Source: an uncultured Acidobacteriota bacterium
Lineage (GTDB): Bacteria; Acidobacteriota; Terriglobia; Terriglobales; Acidobacteriaceae
Reading direction: 5' to 3'
DNA length: 64,000 nucleotides
Assembly (NCBI GenBank): GCA_963794795.1
Contig: CAWCFC010000003.1
Coordinates: 178,002-242,001 of the forward strand
A program made the translations under genes and the position numbers. The notes below the pieces were generated by a model. That model ran no database searches. It worked only from the letters and a program-made list of their open reading frames with translations, and had not been told where the DNA came from. Of this stretch, positions 63,390-64,000 are shown piece after piece. Position 1 is the stretch's first letter; each line of letters opens with the position of its first letter.

Positions 63390-64000
63390 GTGCGGGTCAC
63401 TCACGAGGACCGTCTATTGACTGGCTTCGCTTCGCGTCTGCGCCTCTCTCAGTTTCTTGGAATCGCATTGGTTTGCTTGTCGCTCGCAGCGGGAGTGTTC
63501 GCGACGGCGCAATCTACGGAGCAAACCGCGCCGGAATCCCAAAGCTCTCAGCAGGCATTTACTCCGGCACCCCTGGATGCGGGGTTTGGACCGCTGGATA
63601 CTGCGCAACCTAAGGGCATCACGCCGCAACAGATCATTCGGCGCTTCGCGGAAAAAGAAACGCAATTCAAGCGCGCACTGGAAAATTACACCTACCGCCG
63701 CACCGTCAAACTGGACTCGATTGGGGACAATGGCGGCATCGACGGCGAATATCTCCAGGTCGACGACATCGTGCTGAGCCCCTCAGGACGCAAGCAGGAG
63801 AAAGTCGTGTACGCGCCGGACAACACGCTGACGCGGGCGCTACTCAGTCCCGCCGATTTCGATGACATTGAGCATCGGTTGCCGTTCACGTTAACCACGG
63901 AGGACGTCGCGCAATATCACGTGACCTACGTGGGCACCGAGCGAGTCGACCAGGTGGACACGTACGTGTTCGACGTGGCACCCCGCCACATGGAAAAAGA
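63390..64000 (+). CDS. hypothetical secreted protein, 5' part (runs off window end)
   Basis: The frame is open from a GTG at 63390 to the window end. It has a signal-like N-terminus (LGIALVCLSLAAGVFATAQS) and normal coding composition. It is absent from the ORF track because it has no stop. Confidence 0.5.
   Translation, partial: MRVTHEDRLLTGFASRLRLSQFLGIALVCLSLAAGVFATAQSTEQTAPESQSSQQAFTPAPLDAGFGPLDTAQPKGITPQQIIRRFAEKETQFKRALENYTYRRTVKLDSIGDNGGIDGEYLQVDDIVLSPSGRKQEKVVYAPDNTLTRALLSPADFDDIEHRLPFTLTTEDVAQYHVTYVGTERVDQVDTYVFDVAPRHMEK

Overview
This 64-kb window is a moderately GC-rich bacterial chromosome segment, tightly packed with about 55 genes, almost all core housekeeping. The protein repertoire includes lipid A/Kdo genes, a TolC-type protein, an AMIN-domain amidase and large secreted TPR/CarboxypepD_reg-like proteins. 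This points to a Gram-negative organism, possibly Acidobacteriota-like, which is inference only.

Recognisable content falls into these groups:
- Translation and nucleic-acid genes: valS (3' part), alaS, der, trmFO, a RumA-type rRNA methyltransferase, polA, xseA, recX, a DinG-like helicase, comEC and a dGTPase-like gene.
- Cofactor and nucleotide genes: nadC, birA, coaX, purH, moeA-moaC, and queuosine genes queA, queD, queE and queC.
- Envelope genes: a waaA-lpxK-GT9-ICMT-DUF3108 operon, glmM and a TPR-AMIN-amidase.
- Sugar genes: zwf, and an MFS sugar porter with a FucI-like isomerase.
- Channels and signalling genes: MscS, a K+ channel-like protein, a CheY-like receiver and an XRE regulator.

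I recognised no rRNA, tRNA, CRISPR array, transposase or integrase.

The most striking sequence-level signal is at least 13 single-base indels that break otherwise well-conserved genes: waaA x2, trmFO, an S1/P1-like nuclease, dgt, rhomboid, the MFS porter, queA, the amidase, alaS x3 and probably ydcF. They cluster at about 13-16.5 kb and 56.8-61.9 kb, and several sit in G4 or other homopolymer runs. Because essential alaS is hit three times, sequencing or assembly error is the most likely cause rather than biology.

I do not see a convincing novel multi-gene system. The best leads are:
- a bacterial deoxyhypusine-synthase-like gene coupled to a membrane protein;
- a promoter-plus-terminator leader or sRNA candidate in an AT-rich intergenic region upstream of an SdpI-like gene;
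- uncharacterised genes (ICMT-like, DUF3108) translationally coupled to the lipid A/Kdo operon;
- a K+ channel-like protein with an unassigned C-terminal domain next to an orphan receiver.
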